From positions 47,926,001-47,990,000 of the forward strand of contig OZ231126.1 of NCBI GenBank assembly GCA_965153355.1: 64,000 nt of DNA, in the 5' to 3' direction. Under the pieces are notes generated by a model. That model saw only the letters and a list, made by a program, of their open reading frames with translations. It was not told the origin of the DNA and did not search any database. This document shows positions 1-25,850 of this stretch, in pieces (position 1 is the first letter of the stretch; each line of letters opens with the position of its first letter). The position numbers were made by a program, and so were the translations under genes. The stretch is from Flaccisagitta enflata (lineage: Eukaryota).

Positions 1-1746
1 GTCTTTTGTTGGCGCCGTGCACACTTTCCGGTATCTTGACTCGGACAATCTGAGTCCCTACAATTACAAAAGACATGGCATGACGATGATAAAAGAAATC
101 GTAGGGAAAGGATAACATCGCATGGGATTATTGGCAATGTCTGATTGTCGGAAGAAGAGGTTAGATAGCTGACCTAGGGTCGTCTTAGTGCGATTTGTAC
201 GAATTGACGGCGCATATGAAGCTTGGTCCCTGTCAGGATTTTTCAATGAAAGGCAATTATGCCATTATGCCAAGTGAATTGTTTGAGCGCGAATACTTCC
301 TTGCCTGTCAATTCATCGCTTGCTTCATCTTTTTATTGATTGATTGATTTTTTGATTGATTGATTTTTTTGATTGATTACCGTGATCTACTTCTTGGTCG
401 AGACGAAACAACAGACTGGGCACTGAAAAAGAAATAGTCGACGTTTTCTGACAAGCTGTTGTTTACATATCTTTCCGCTTAACGATCTATTCATTTTCAC
501 TTACTGCCTACGAGTCTGTCCTCTTTCATTAATTTTCTATCATCTATTACTTCCTTTCTATTTTTCACTATGAATTGCGTACTCCCTTTAGTCCCTTACA
601 TGGACAACATGACTCGTTCAACTGTTCAATTCATCCGTCTTTTCCGTTAGGTCCTTGATTTCCTTGTGATTTCCTTGTGTCTCATCTCACCGACTTACTC
701 TATTATTGGCTCCGGCTCTGGTTCTGGTTTAGCCTTCGATTTGTGTCTTTTGGACTTTCTCTGCTTTTGAGTTTGGAAAAGCTGCTGAGGGAGCATTTCT
801 TCTAAACCCATGATGTCGACTCTTCCTAGGTGACCATGAGGCATTTCCACGTAGCCTATTTCCAATGTCAATTTTCAGTCTCATCAAGTAAATCTTGGTT
901 TTAGCAATTCTGAAAAAGCTCAATATGTTTCTACCTGATGCGAGAACTCGGTATTTTGACTCCCAGCCCTCTGGCATCTCCGGACGTAGACAGCTGCACG
1001 ATGATTTTATGATCTTTTTATGTTGCCAATTTGGAAATGTCATCTGAAGAAATAATCATCAAGAGAATCACAGACACCGACCTTTTCCATGTAGGTTTTT
1101 TCATTGTGAAAAGAAGCCATGTCTAAACTACGTTAGACCGCCACCAAGAAAGACAAATGTTTCTGTGGCAAAAAAAAAAAAAAAAAAATCACCAACCTTC
1201 TCCTCATCCTCATCCAAAAAGCAACCACACGCGCCTTCTTTATCTCGATAGGATGTTTCATTGGATCCAATGATGGAATCTCCTTTGTCTCTGTTGGGTC
1301 GATTGTGCTTGAAAGACACTTTGCTGAATTCGGCGCTGCCACCTGATTTTGATGCCTTTGATGGTATCTCGTCCTCAGAGTTGGACTTTTTCCCTTGACT
1401 ACTACGGTTGCTTTGACCACTTGTTTTCTTTCCTTCTTCCAGGACATCTGGACTGTTGATCTCCTTGATGTTATCTGCCCTTGAAGCATCCTCTGCCGTT
1501 AAAGTTTTTACTGACATCAAAGCACTTTCTGCCTTGGAAACTCTCTCTGCCCCGTCTGTGTTTCCCTGATAAGATGTTTGACTGGGTCTGAAGGTGGAAC
1601 CGCCTTTGTCTCTGTCGGGTGGACTGTTTATGGCAGAAACATCGCTGATTTTGGCGCTACTACCAGACTCTGGTGGCCCATCTGCGTGTGAAAAGTTCTT
1701 GTTGAAATGTCTGCTCTTGCAGATGTTTGGGAAGTATCTGAACGCC

Positions 1747-1805
<59 letters not shown>

Positions 1806-3298
1806 GCTGTTGTTGATATTGTCGTTGCTGTCGTAGCAGAAGAAGTTGTTGTAATTGTTTTTGTTGATGTTGTTGTTATTGTTCTTGTGTTGATTTTGTA
1901 ATCCGCTGTGTCTTGAGATGCCATTTAGCTTTTGGGTGCTTGGCTTATCCCCACTTTGCCATGCGCCCAATTGGTTTGCAGGTTGTAACCCACTCTGGCC
2001 ACTCTGTTGTCCGGCGAGTTGATTTTGTAATCCGCTATGTCTTGAGATGCCATTTAGCTTTTGGGTGCTTGGCTTATCCCCACTTTGCCATGCGCCCAAT
2101 TGGTTTGCAGGTTGTAACCCACTCTGGCCACTCTGTTGTCCGGCGAGTTGATTTTGTAATCCGCTATGTCTTGAGATGCCATTTAGCTTTTGGGTGCTTG
2201 GCTTATCCCCACCTTGCCCTGCGCCAAACTGGTTTGCAGGTTGTAACCCACTACGGCCACTCTGTCGTCCGGCCATTTGAGTGCTTGATTTAAGAATCAG
2301 CTTCTGCATTGCAGTTCCACGGCTGGTCGATGAAGTGGTTCGGACTGGGCTCCGCTGAACCCCCAAGTGGTCGTTCGATTTCATGGGATGTGATTGAGGG
2401 AAGGCCTTCAATTGACTGCTTCGAGTCATTCCAGAGCGGATTCCGGTTGGAACCTTGCCATCGCTCGTGGGCCTATCAGTCGCACTTTGTTGCCGGGGCG
2501 ACTGTTCGCCATTTGTGGAGTTTGATGGTTTTCTGCTCCCAGAGTTGGGCTTCTTGCTCTGACCACTTCGGTCGCTTTGACCACTTGCTTTCTTTTCTTC
2601 CTCCTCGACTTTCAGACTCTCGGTCTCCCTGACATTATCTACCTTCGGAGGACGCTCTGCCGTTGAATCTTTCTCTGTCCTTGAAACGTCCTCTGCCTTC
2701 GAAGCTCTCTCCGCCTTTGGAATAGCCTCTGCCCTTGAACCAGTGCTTGACGTTTCTGACGAAGGCGATGGTCCCGCCTTGCCTAAAAACTTATGATCGA
2801 GCGATGCGAATTTCTTAAGCGAGGATTTCATCACCATGCTGGCGCCGTATTTGTCGTCGAGATGTTTCTTTTGGTCGTTTGTCAGATAGAGAGTTCCGAA
2901 CCTGATGTTTAGAAGACGTTAAAAGGGTTTAAAATGTAGAATCATTGACCGTCGGACGGACAGACCAACGGACGGGTAAAGCAGACAGGCTACCAACAAG
3001 AATACCTCACATGTTCTAACTCAGCATACCATGGTTTTAGCAAAATATCTGGAGAGGCAGCGTCCGAATGGACGCAAGACCGACAGGTTGTTCCTTCACA
3101 CTGTATCGGGCCCCAGTCGCAACGACACGGTACCACCGCACTGGATGCGTTCGATTGTTTTGAGAGCCGCGACGACCAGTTCTTTCCGAGCGAAGATATC
3201 GACGTTTTGACGTGAGCGAGCGATTCGCGGGTTTTACTGTAAAGACGCTTCAACGACGACCGATCACTCGGTTCGCTCATGATGATTTTTTCGCTCAT
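1..3298 (-). CDS. Multi-exon gene for an unknown, mostly low-complexity/disordered protein; 3' end runs off the window
   Basis: Phase-consistent GT-AG chain: 3298-3006, 2901-1197, 1043-935, 855-699, 422-381, 229-174, 57-<1 (joins such as PWYAELEHVR|FGTLYL, DEEK|MTFPNW, LASG|YVEMPH). The 1.7-kb exon contains the 569-aa ORF. No recognisable domain. Confidence 0.6.
1748..1880 (-). repeat. (AAC)n trinucleotide tract encoding poly-Asn
   Basis: (TTG)n on the plus strand, in frame within ORF 1128..2837. Confidence 0.9.
1895..2280 (-). repeat. About three copies of a 126-bp (42-aa) coding tandem repeat
   Basis: Repeated peptide QKLNGISRHSGLQNQLAGQQSGQSGLQPANQLGAWQSGDKPST; DNA copies near-identical. 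Confidence 0.9.
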
Positions 3299-4443
3299 TT
3301 CATTGTGTCTTTTTCACTGATATCATGTTTGAGTTATGTATATTGCTTTTGTAGGTATAACCAGTAGCGAGGAGGGCACTCAAGGCCGAACCTCATTTGA
3401 AAATGAGGGCAGTAAGCTCCCTAACCATTCAAGGCAGAATGGGATCTGAGTGGTTTTCAACCTTAACTGCCCTTTCTAAGTAGAGTGGTTTTTCAATTTA
3501 CTTCAACAAGAAGGATATCTTAGGCCTGATTTGAATCTAATTTGCATCACTCTCCTACTTTTTTTATATTATCATTAAATATAATCTTTAACTGTTCATT
3601 TTAAAAAAAACTTAGGATAACTATTCCTCAAAAATGATTTTTTTAAATTCAAAAAAATATTTTAACAGGAATTGACGAATGTAGTTTTTTTCAAGATTAA
3701 ATTAATTGTTTTGTTCTCACGTAGAATTTCAATATTTCTTTATCTAGAATAGGCAAAAAAGTGATCTAAAAAAGGTGAAGCTCAACAGTGAAAATAGATT
3801 CAGAATTGAAGAAAAAAAAAATAAAACACTCTCTGTCACTGATAAAATAAACCAGACTTCTAGAATTTCCATGAGTAAGTAAAAATAAAAACCACTATGG
3901 TTAGAATTGAAAATGAGGGATGTTCCATTTTATTCCACTCAAGTACAAATCTGAGTATAGTCGTTTCAGTGTTAACTCTAGTACGAAATTCGGCCTAAAT
4001 TGGTTCCCCCAAAGTAGCTCGTTTTAACCTTTTAAAGCAATAGTTATTTTCTATCGGTCTATCTATCTATCTATCTATCTCTATCTCTCCGTCTCATTTT
4101 TGTGTCCTGAGTTCTTTCTTAGCTTATTTTCTTTTCTATCTGCCAAATTTCTATGACAACCTGTATATTCAAGTTTCAATTGAAGTCTCAAGAATAACAT
4201 TTGGCGAATAAGATAAAATTATTTTTTTAAAAAAGGTACAAAAAGAGATTAATTTTCACTAACTTAGTCCATCTATCCATCGGACAAAACTGTGGGGCAG
4301 AGTGGGCGGCGACGACGTGAATCAACCATATACAGCGTTGAATAGCTTCAGCCTATATACCACTGGCCTGTATATATACCACTGGTCAGCTAAGTCAGTA
4401 ATTGTATCATTTGATTTTAGTGTTGACCGCGGATCGTAGATTT

Positions 4444-7539
<3,096 letters not shown>

Positions 7540-7790
7540 TTCTGAGGCGTCTCGGTGAACAAATTTCTCTTACTTAGGAAAGCGTAAGGGCATCACCACA
7601 ATTAAGCAAACTATACAACATGGACGATACTGCCATTGCATTGTGCCATGCGCAATGAGTGATAGGTACATAAGAGAAGAATTTCCTCTCGAAGCGACTG
7701 GTGAGCAACCAATTTCAACCTGGAATCTTATTCTCAAGATAAATCATGCAATCCTAATTAATTCAAGCCGGTTGCCCCTTTTCATTTTCC

Positions 7791-8300
<510 letters not shown>

Positions 8301-8456
8301 CTCCTTTCCTTGTTTACGCGTTGCCGTTAGAATCAAATAAACAAGCAAGTTGATATTGATATGTACTAATAATTTTAATCAAAAAGCAACTGGTGTGCTC
8401 AACAAAATGGGCAATGTAACGACCAACGGGAAAATATTCGTGACCTATCTACCCCT

Positions 8457-17326
<8,870 letters not shown>

Positions 17327-17390
17327 TGTCCTTGTAATTGTATTAGTGGTTTAAAACTTAAAATCCAGGAAAAGAAATAAATGTCCTGGG

Positions 17391-17398
17391 CTTTTATA
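17391..17398 (-). promoter_or_regulatory. Putative TATA box of astacin A
   Basis: TATAAAAG about 65 bp upstream of the ATG; the same motif precedes paralog B. Confidence 0.55.
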
Positions 17399-18150
17399 AT
17401 TGAGTTGGTAAAAAAGTGATTGAAAAAACAAAGACAGATTGTTGCAAACTGGGTTTATATGTTAACAAATGATTGGGGTTATCAGAATCGCATTGGGACC
17501 GATACGCCACATTGCAACTGATTCAACAAACGATTTCTTTGTTTTCTGCTATCAACCTGTGTTTGTCGCCAAATCTTTTGTGTCGTGTTTTCATTTGGGT
17601 TTTACGCTTTTCCTCGTTTTCATTTGCTTCTGTGGCAAAGTGGATCTGTCTGTCTGAATGTTGTTTTTAGTTGCGGACACGCAACTCTATAAGAGGCTTT
17701 GTTCGTCCGTCCGATGGTCCGTCCGTTGGTCCGTCTGATGGTCCGTCCGATGGTCCGTCCGTTGGTCATGGTGATCGAGTTGAAAAGTGGGAAAATGCGC
17801 ATATCCGCCCCTGCCCACCTGTCCGCAACTGGTGGCCGTGTATCCGGCCTTGTTCTTTTTGAGACTCTCCGTCCATTTCCTGATAGTTTTTCATTGATTC
17901 CTTCGACGTCTTCAGAAGCATTCATTTCATCAAGCGCCTTGGTAACTTGTTACCAATGCATTGGACTTTTCCTTTGCCGGGCTCAGAATTTAATTCAAAT
18001 ATTTTCAGACAAATAAGCTTTTAATTCTCATTTCTTTACTGCTCTTTGACCTTTGCTCACCCTCGCCGCCACCAATTTCCTCTCACGTGGCTCCCCTTCA
18101 CCCCTCTTTCCCTACTTTTACTGAAATGTCTGGTTCTTAAAAATGATGAA

Positions 18151-18218
18151 CCTCTCGGGTTCGAAACTGCAACCCAACTATCTGAGGTCCAACAACATAA
18201 CCAATAGACCACGTTGCC
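18151..18218 (-). pseudogene. tRNA-derived fragment (pseudo-tRNA or SINE head)
   Basis: A-box-like TGGTCTATTGG and B-box-like GTTTCGAACCC at tRNA spacing; stems degenerate. Confidence 0.45.
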
Positions 18219-18590
18219 AGTCTGCCTTTTCATAGAAACGAAAGCTATTAGTTTCTTAATGAGCAGTCCTGCGCACTGATCGAAACCGCAAAACCGCGAA
18301 TTGAAGTCATCGTCACTTTTCTTATCAAAACTTTGGAAGGCCACTACTCAGAGAAGAATTGACCGATTTACTTGATTTTTTGTATGGTAACATATCATGA
18401 CCTTGTCTATTACGCAGTAAAGTCTAAGAAGATTTTGATAAGTCAAACCACCCCAACCGGTCTACCTGCAATCTCATTGAACATTTTTTCTCACAGCGTC
18501 AAAAATAAAAAAATTCAGACTTTTTTTTTATCACGACCGTAGGTGGTGCGTTTCAGCCACATGTTAGGCGTTTTGGCCAGGCGCGTGATA

Positions 18591-19217
18591 CACTTATTTC
18601 TTTTTATAAGAACCAAGTATATAAGAACGTTAGGCCTAAGATTGTCAAAAATTTAAGAACATGCTAAGAACACTGGAAGCCTTCATTTCTTCAAAAATTC
18701 AAGAACATTAAGGTTAAAATCTTTAAAAATTTAAGAACATGCTAAGAATAGAAAAAAAGCTTCATTATTTCATTGAGCATAAAAAACTAGGGCACAATTT
18801 TTTAATTCCTTTTCTTTTTAGTCTCGGACTAGCGACTCTATAGGAGGCTTTGTCCATCCGTCCGTTGGTCGGTCGGTTGGTCCGTGGTGATAGAGTTGAG
18901 ACAGTAAAAAACGCGCATTTCTGCCCCTGCCCACTTGTCCGCGACTGGTATTAGTTGTGTATCCGGCCTAGTTATAATGGTTTTACTCTATTTTCATTCA
19001 CTAATAATTTTAAACATGCAGCTTTGTTTCATTGACATTTACCCTCAATTTTTCCTAGAAAACAAATTCAAACCAATAAAAACGTTTTTAATTGAAGGTT
19101 AAAATTTGTGTTTAAATTAAGAACAATTTAAAAATGTTTAAGCCTTGAAACTGCATAAAATTTAAGAACATTGAAAGCTCGCTCAAATAGTGACGTTCTT
19201 ATAAAAAGAAATAAGTG
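18591..19217. mobile_element. TA-flanked MITE with a nested HINE; relatives at 56789-57228 and 59686-60152
   Basis: TIR CACTTATTTCTTTTTATAAGAAC / GTTCTTATAAAAAGAAATAAGTG, with TA on both sides. Confidence 0.8.
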
Positions 19218-19234
19218 TACTTTCCATTTTTTTT

Positions 19235-20113
19235 TAATCGCGTGTGATTGCTGTGCAAGACACATTATGGCCACGTGGTACACATTACAGCTGTGCAGGT
19301 TGCATTATAGTCGCAAGGGACACACTATGGCTGCAATGAGCGCATAACAGCCGCAAGGAGCGCATTACGGCCGCGAGAAGCGCATAACGGCCGCAAGGAA
19401 CGCATTACAGCCGCAAGGAGGGCATTACGGCCGCAAGAAGCGCATTACGGCTGAGCAGGACACATCCCGTCCTCAGCGACCAAATCCTAAGTTTTGCAAC
19501 CTATTTTCAACTTAAAGGATCTGGTCCTGGCCTCAGTGACTTAACCCTGACATTGGCGACCTAATCCCAGCCTCAGCGACCTAATACCAGCCTAATACCT
19601 AATACCTAATACCTTATCCCGGCCTCAGCGACCTTATCCCCGCCTCAGCGACCTTATCCCCGCCTCAGCGACCTTATCCCCGCCTCAGCGACCTCCCGGG
19701 CTCAGATACTTATGCGTCCTGACCTTATCCCGGCCTCAGGCATCCCGGCCTGAGCGACCTCCCGGCCTCGGCGACCTTATGCCGGCCTCACGACCTCCGG
19801 CCTCAGCGACCTTATCTCGGCCTCGCGACCTTATCCCGGCCTCAGCCATCTTGGCCTCAACGACCTTATCCCGGCCTCAGCGACCTTATCCCGGCCTCAG
19901 CGACCTTATCCCGGCCTCAGCGACCTTATCCCGGCCTCAGCGACCTTATCCCGGCCTCAGCGACCTTATCCCGGGCAGCGACCTAATCCCGGCCTCAGCG
20001 CCTGTCCCGGCCTCAGCGACCTAATCCGGCTGGCCACCTAATCCCGGCCTGTCTGTCTACCTAACTTTTTTTGGAATTGTCGACGCACGCGACTTAGGTC
20101 TAACGATCTTGTT
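19235..20113 (+). repeat. Two 20-bp minisatellite arrays between HINE-like termini
   Basis: Units GCGCATTACGGCCGCAAGGA (~19260-19455) and CCTCAGCGACCTTATCCCGG (~19465-20050); ends TAATCGCGTG and CACGCGACT..CTTGTT. Confidence 0.75.
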
Positions 20114-20455
20114 AACCTGGTTATGGTATGGCATGGCCTCAGTTTAGATCAACAACTGAATAAGGACAAAGAATTAGCAAAGATTCATAAAATCAAGATT
20201 CTAGAATTAAACATCCATGAAGAAGAAATCAATTTTCAATTCAGAAAAAAAAGGAGAAAATAGAAAAAAAAAAACAGCCCAATATTGATGAAAAATAGCT
20301 AATGACGAATTTCACGTTTCCTCTTTTTTGACGCCGGTTTCCATTTCGGGCGTGATAATGTTCCACATCGTTGGCGACAAATATATTGCTGACTGAAATT
20401 CCGTAAACATGAGCGTCAAGTTTGGCATTACAAGAATGAAAGATTGCTGCTGCAG

Positions 20456-20512
<57 letters not shown>

Positions 20513-20820
20513 TTGTTGTTGTTGTTGTTGTAGTTTTCGTTTGTCAGACACGTGTTCTGCCGCGTTCTCCCAATCAACTTCCTCCTCCACTTCCTCCTGA
20601 GTCCTGTTCGCTTGACTCAAGAATTCGTGACTAGGCTGCAATTGCTTCCTCCTGAAGTGCTAATTGAGGCCCGGGGGAATGGTGTAGCTTTACGTAAGGG
20701 ATGTTGTTTCTTCCATAGCGTCTTCTGCTCTGAGATTCGCAAGCAGTCGATCAACATCTCGCAGACGAGTTTCTGAAAAGCATTGGGTTCGAAACATGGT
20801 AGTTAATATTCATGATTGTT

Positions 20821-20869
<49 letters not shown>

Positions 20870-21058
20870 TTGTCGTTGTCGTCGTCGTCCTTCGTTTCAC
20901 ATTTTTTGTATTCCTAAGTAAAAGTATCCTTTTAACTGAGCAGTTCATTTCGCAGGATGGAAACATTATTAAGGGTCGTTGTTCCAATTTTTACTTTTGC
21001 ATTTCTGTACAGCAGTCTTCCTACGACTCAGGAACGGAGTGTGGGACTTGTTGGACTA

Positions 21059-21457
21059 CAGACAAAAGTGAAATACAAGAAGTAAACCCCCCAAAAACTG
21101 TAGCACCCCCCCCTACAGCTTAAATCGCGAAATGAAGGTAAGGAATGGAAGCTTATATCAATACAATTAGCCTCATCAGAGCGTTTTTGGAATTTCATTG
21201 CCAGTGAAGAATTATAGCAAAAAAACTAGTGAAAAATTGCATTTTTAGCATTATTCAAAAAATGTTAATTTTGGATAGTTTTTTAGCTGTAACTTTTTAC
21301 TGGGATTGAAATACTAAAATTGCTCTGATGAGGCTAATTGTATTGAGATAAGCTTCTATTCCCTATCTTATATGCCTTTCTTCATCCAGCGATTGCGGCT
21401 GTAGGGGGGATGCTACAGTTTTTGAGAGCTTAACTTCTTGTATTTCACTTTTGTCTG
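21059..21457. mobile_element. Palindromic TA-flanked MITE (Tc1/mariner-type)
   Basis: CAGACAAAAGTGAAATACAAGAAG / CTTCTTGTATTTCACTTTTGTCTG, with TA TSD. Confidence 0.8.
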
Positions 21458-21641
21458 TAGAGGTTGATGTCGAGATTGAGCGGCACAGGTCCCATGGTAC
21501 AATCGCATTCTCCACAGGTAAATGGTCAGTGAGGCTGAACTCGTGTTTTGGCGTCAACATCGATTCTGTTTCCGTACGTACGTCAACAGCTTCGCCGCGA
21601 CGCTGCAGAGTCAGAGAGAGAATTGGAAGGAGGGTTATATC

Positions 21642-21642
<1 letters not shown>

Positions 21643-21694
<52 letters not shown>

Positions 21695-21808
21695 ACACTA
21701 TCACACACACTCACACTATCACACACACTCACACTATCGCACACACTCACACTATCACACACACTCACACTATCACACACACTCACACTATCACACACAC
21801 TCACACTA

Positions 21809-21886
<78 letters not shown>

Positions 21887-22020
21887 TCACACTATCACAC
21901 ACACTCACACTATCACACACACTGACACTATCACACACACTGACACTATCGCACACACTCACACTATCACACACACTCACACTATCACACACACTCACAC
22001 TATCACACACACTCACACTA

Positions 22021-22082
<62 letters not shown>

Positions 22083-22100
22083 GCGCACACACACACACAT
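21643..22100. repeat. (AC)n interleaved with 18-bp ACTCACACTATCACACAC arrays
   Basis: Direct reading. Confidence 0.9.
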
Positions 22101-23384
22101 GCACAAAATTCGATGTTTTACAAATAAAACCTATTTCGAAATTTTCCTCGAATTTTGGCAAACGCCGGGAACTCAAGAAATATTGATCATACCTAAAAAC
22201 GCAAAGAACCTCAAAGAGGTTTCACCCTCCTCCATGAGTTTCCGCGGGCCGCCGCCTTTCAACCTCAGAAGTTTAGGAGTAAAAAAAATAAAAATGAAAA
22301 AGAAGAAAAGACGCGACGCTTCTTCGCAAGAATTCGATGCTCGAAGATAGTCATATGGATCGAAGGCTAATGGTTTTGGCCGGCCTGATGGAGTGCTTAC
22401 CGTATTCAACTAGTCTTTTTTTATGAACTGATTCATTGCAAACACTTTATTGGGCCTTTATGACAAGTTATCACAACTTTTTTTCTTGCTTTCAGTCAAT
22501 TCTAGCAGTCGATGTTAATATCAGCCTTAAATCGAATGCCAGGGATGTTAAAAATACGTTTTTACTGTTTATACTTAATCTTGTGACATCTTAATTGTGG
22601 ACGGCATTATGCAAATTAGCATAAGCACGAAAGACGCGTGAAGCTTTGAGATGGGGTGATATCATATTTTGAGCAACTTTATAATGTGCCATTTGGAATA
22701 CTGAATACATGTGCCCCACGTGGTCTGAAATTCTTTTAGTTAAATGAAATTAGTTCAAACAATATTCTATTTATTTCATTGAAAAAGAGACTACAAGCAT
22801 CAGTGAACTAACGCATATGAATCAATGAGCGCGTTGAGTGTCATTTTATTTTGGACGTCTATCAGCCTATCACAATATACAATGAAAAAAAAAATAGAAG
22901 CGATGATTGCGACATGACAGCCACTGAGTTCTTCCTCGATGTCTTTCCATAGTTTGTAAATCCCGCTGAAGGTCCCCAATTTGAGTGCGCATTCCTCGAG
23001 TCTTCGAGTTACGATCAAACTCATGATCAACGACGACGCTTTCCGAGTCTGCCGCAAATTCATTAGGGAAAATGTTCAAGCGAAAGATTTCGCGACGGTT
23101 TTTCTCCCAATGTCTCTTCTCTCGTATTCTTCGACGCATAGTAGCAAAGCGGTCGCGAAGTGGTTTGTCCATTTTGAGTTGAAGATGCCTTATTTGGAAA
23201 AGGGAGCCATGTACTTCATCGTCAAATCATGATGGTACATAATCAACATCATCGTCTGATCATCATCGTCCTTGTCAGTACGGGCCTAATCATAATAATC
23301 TAGAGTTTGCATGGAGACAAGTATCTCTGCTATGTTATTCTGTCCGTCGCATTGGTCTGACAGTTTTGCTGTGTCTTCCCTCTA

Positions 23385-23611
23385 GCTCTTTTCTTTCTTT
23401 CTCTTTCTTTCATTCTCTTATTTTCTTTCTTTCATTATCTATCTTTCATTATATTTCTTTCTTTTCAATTTCTTTCTTCCTTTCTTTTGTTCTTTAATTT
23501 GTTCTTTCTTTTGTCTTTTCTTTTGTTCTTTCTTTTGTTCTTTCTTTTGTCTTTTCTTTTGATCTTTTTTTTTGTTTCTTTTGTTTCGTTTGTTTCTTTC
23601 TTCCTTTCTTC

Positions 23612-23669
<58 letters not shown>

Positions 23670-23714
23670 CTCTGTCTTTTTTGTTCTTTTTATCGCTTCT
23701 TGCTTTTGTTCTTT

Positions 23715-23770
<56 letters not shown>

Positions 23771-24033
23771 TCCGTCTTTCTTCTTACTTCTTGCTTCCTT
23801 TCTTCCCTCCTTCTTTTCTTTACTTACCTCCTTTTGTTCTTTATTTTGTTCATTCTTTCTCTCTTTCTTTCTCTTTTTGGTTTGTCGGTCGGTCTGTCGG
23901 TCCGTCCGTCCATCCATCGGTAACATTTTTGAATTGCGAGTGGTTTTTACATTACTGCTCCAGCCCAACCGTCCGCGGCTGTCCTTCCGTGTACGCATGT
24001 AGCCAGCCTTGTTTCTCTCATTCTTTCTTTTTT

Positions 24034-24109
<76 letters not shown>

Positions 24110-24200
24110 GGTTTCTTTCTCTCTTTCATTCATCCTTTCTTTTCGTCTTTCTTCCTTCTTCCTTTCTTTCTTTGATTCTTTCTTTCTTTCTTTCCTTCTT
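23385..24200. repeat. Degenerate (CTTT)n polypyrimidine field with HINE insertions
   Basis: Direct reading. Confidence 0.9.
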
Positions 24201-24689
24201 TTTGTTGCGGACACGCAACTCTATAAGAGGCTTGTCCGTCCATCCGTCGGTACGTCCATCGGTCCGTTGGTCCGTCAGCACAAGTCGCGAGCGGGAAAAC
24301 GCGCATATCCGCCCCTGCCCACCCGTCCAGAACTGGTATTGTCCGTGTATCCGGCCTTGTTCTGATACGATCAGCCCAAATTGATTGTCATTCTTACGTG
24401 GTCTCATTGACTCCTTCCAGTCCTTTCTCCATCCAAAATTCTCCCGAAGCCGCAATCGAGAAAGCTGCGTGTTTCGCATCGATTGATCGTGGCACAATGC
24501 AGGGCACCTCCAACTCCAGATTCATAAAACAGAAAGCAAACTTTATCAGAACAATAACGCTTTTTTTGTCCGCGACGGAATATCATTCCGACGCGGACTA
24601 TAATTCAAGGCGGGTGGGTGTCGTCGTTGTCGTCGTTGTCATTGTCGTTGTCGTTGTTATTGTTACGGATTTTAAAAAATGGATAACTT

Positions 24690-25850
24690 TTTTATGCTTC
24701 GACCGATTTGGTTGATATTTGGTGGGAAGTTGTACCAGGGTAAGGCGCTTTACATCCTATCCGATTTTTATGATCCGACCAACCCAACCAGCCCAACCAG
24801 CCTACTGGCCTAAAAGTGAAATGTTTGTGATTTATATACATTTGAGCTAACCGGCCAAACCGACCTACCACCCAACCAGCCAACCGGCCTAAAAGTGAAA
24901 AACTTGCATAACTCTGTCATTTTTCTACTAATTTGGTTGAAACTTGGTATGGGGTCTCTAAATGGAAGAACTCAATATATGCGCACTATTTATCCTGTCA
25001 AACCAGCCTACCACCCAACCAGCCTACCAGCCAAAAAGTGAAAATGTGCATATCTTTTGACGCTAACCAATTTGTTGAAATTTGTATGGAGTCTCTAAAT
25101 GGAGGATCACAGGTGCAACATGAAATAGGGTCACCGAAAAATTATATACTCTAGTTTTTTGCATAAATGTACCAAAAAAGAAGGTCTTCCCACAAGTAGA
25201 GGTCTGAATTTGAAGATTAAACCATGGCGGCAAAAGTATAGGCTTCCTATGGCAATAAAAAAATCCCCATAGCAACCCTATAGTTTTGCCGACAAGGTTT
25301 CTTGTTTGCTTTCACACCCCAGCTTGTGAGAAATCCTTCTTTTATTGGACATTTGTGCAAAGGGCTCAAGTATATCAATATATGAAATTTGACCCAATTC
25401 GGGACCACCCTACTCAACACATGTATGTGATTTATTTATGTTTAAGCATGCTAACCGGCCAAACCAACCTACCACCCAACCAACTTACCGGCCTAAAAGT
25501 GAAAAAACTTACATAAATTGGACATTTTTCAACCAAATTGGTTGAAACTTGGTATGGAGTCTCTAAATGGAAGAACTCAACATACGCACACTATTCATCC
25601 AAACCAGCCTACCACCCAACCACCCTACTAGCCTAAAAGTGAAAAACGTGCATAACTTTGCCATTTTTTAACGGATTTGCATGAAACTTTGTATGAAGGC
25701 TCTAAATTTAAAGACTTATAGTTTTAGAAAATTTTCATGGATAACGATCTTTTGGTCATAGCGATCTTATGGAATTGGTGATCTTTAACCCCCCTCCGTC
25801 GCGGACCCAGATACTGTTCAGATTTTCATATAAGGACCTCGACCAGTAGA
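24690..25850. mobile_element. Repeat element with internal ~130-150-bp subrepeats (Helitron/Helentron-like)
   Basis: Recurring CCAACCAGCCTAC..CCTAAAAGTGAAAA..GGTTGAAACTTGGTATGG..GTCTCTAAATGGAAGAACTCAA. Confidence 0.5.

Noticed and set aside
935-1043. WW or MBD domain suggested by MPEGWE
   Set aside because: Downstream conserved residues of both domains are absent in the spliced model.
18151-18218. Functional tRNA gene
   Set aside because: Acceptor and anticodon stems do not pair; kept only as a tRNA-derived remnant.
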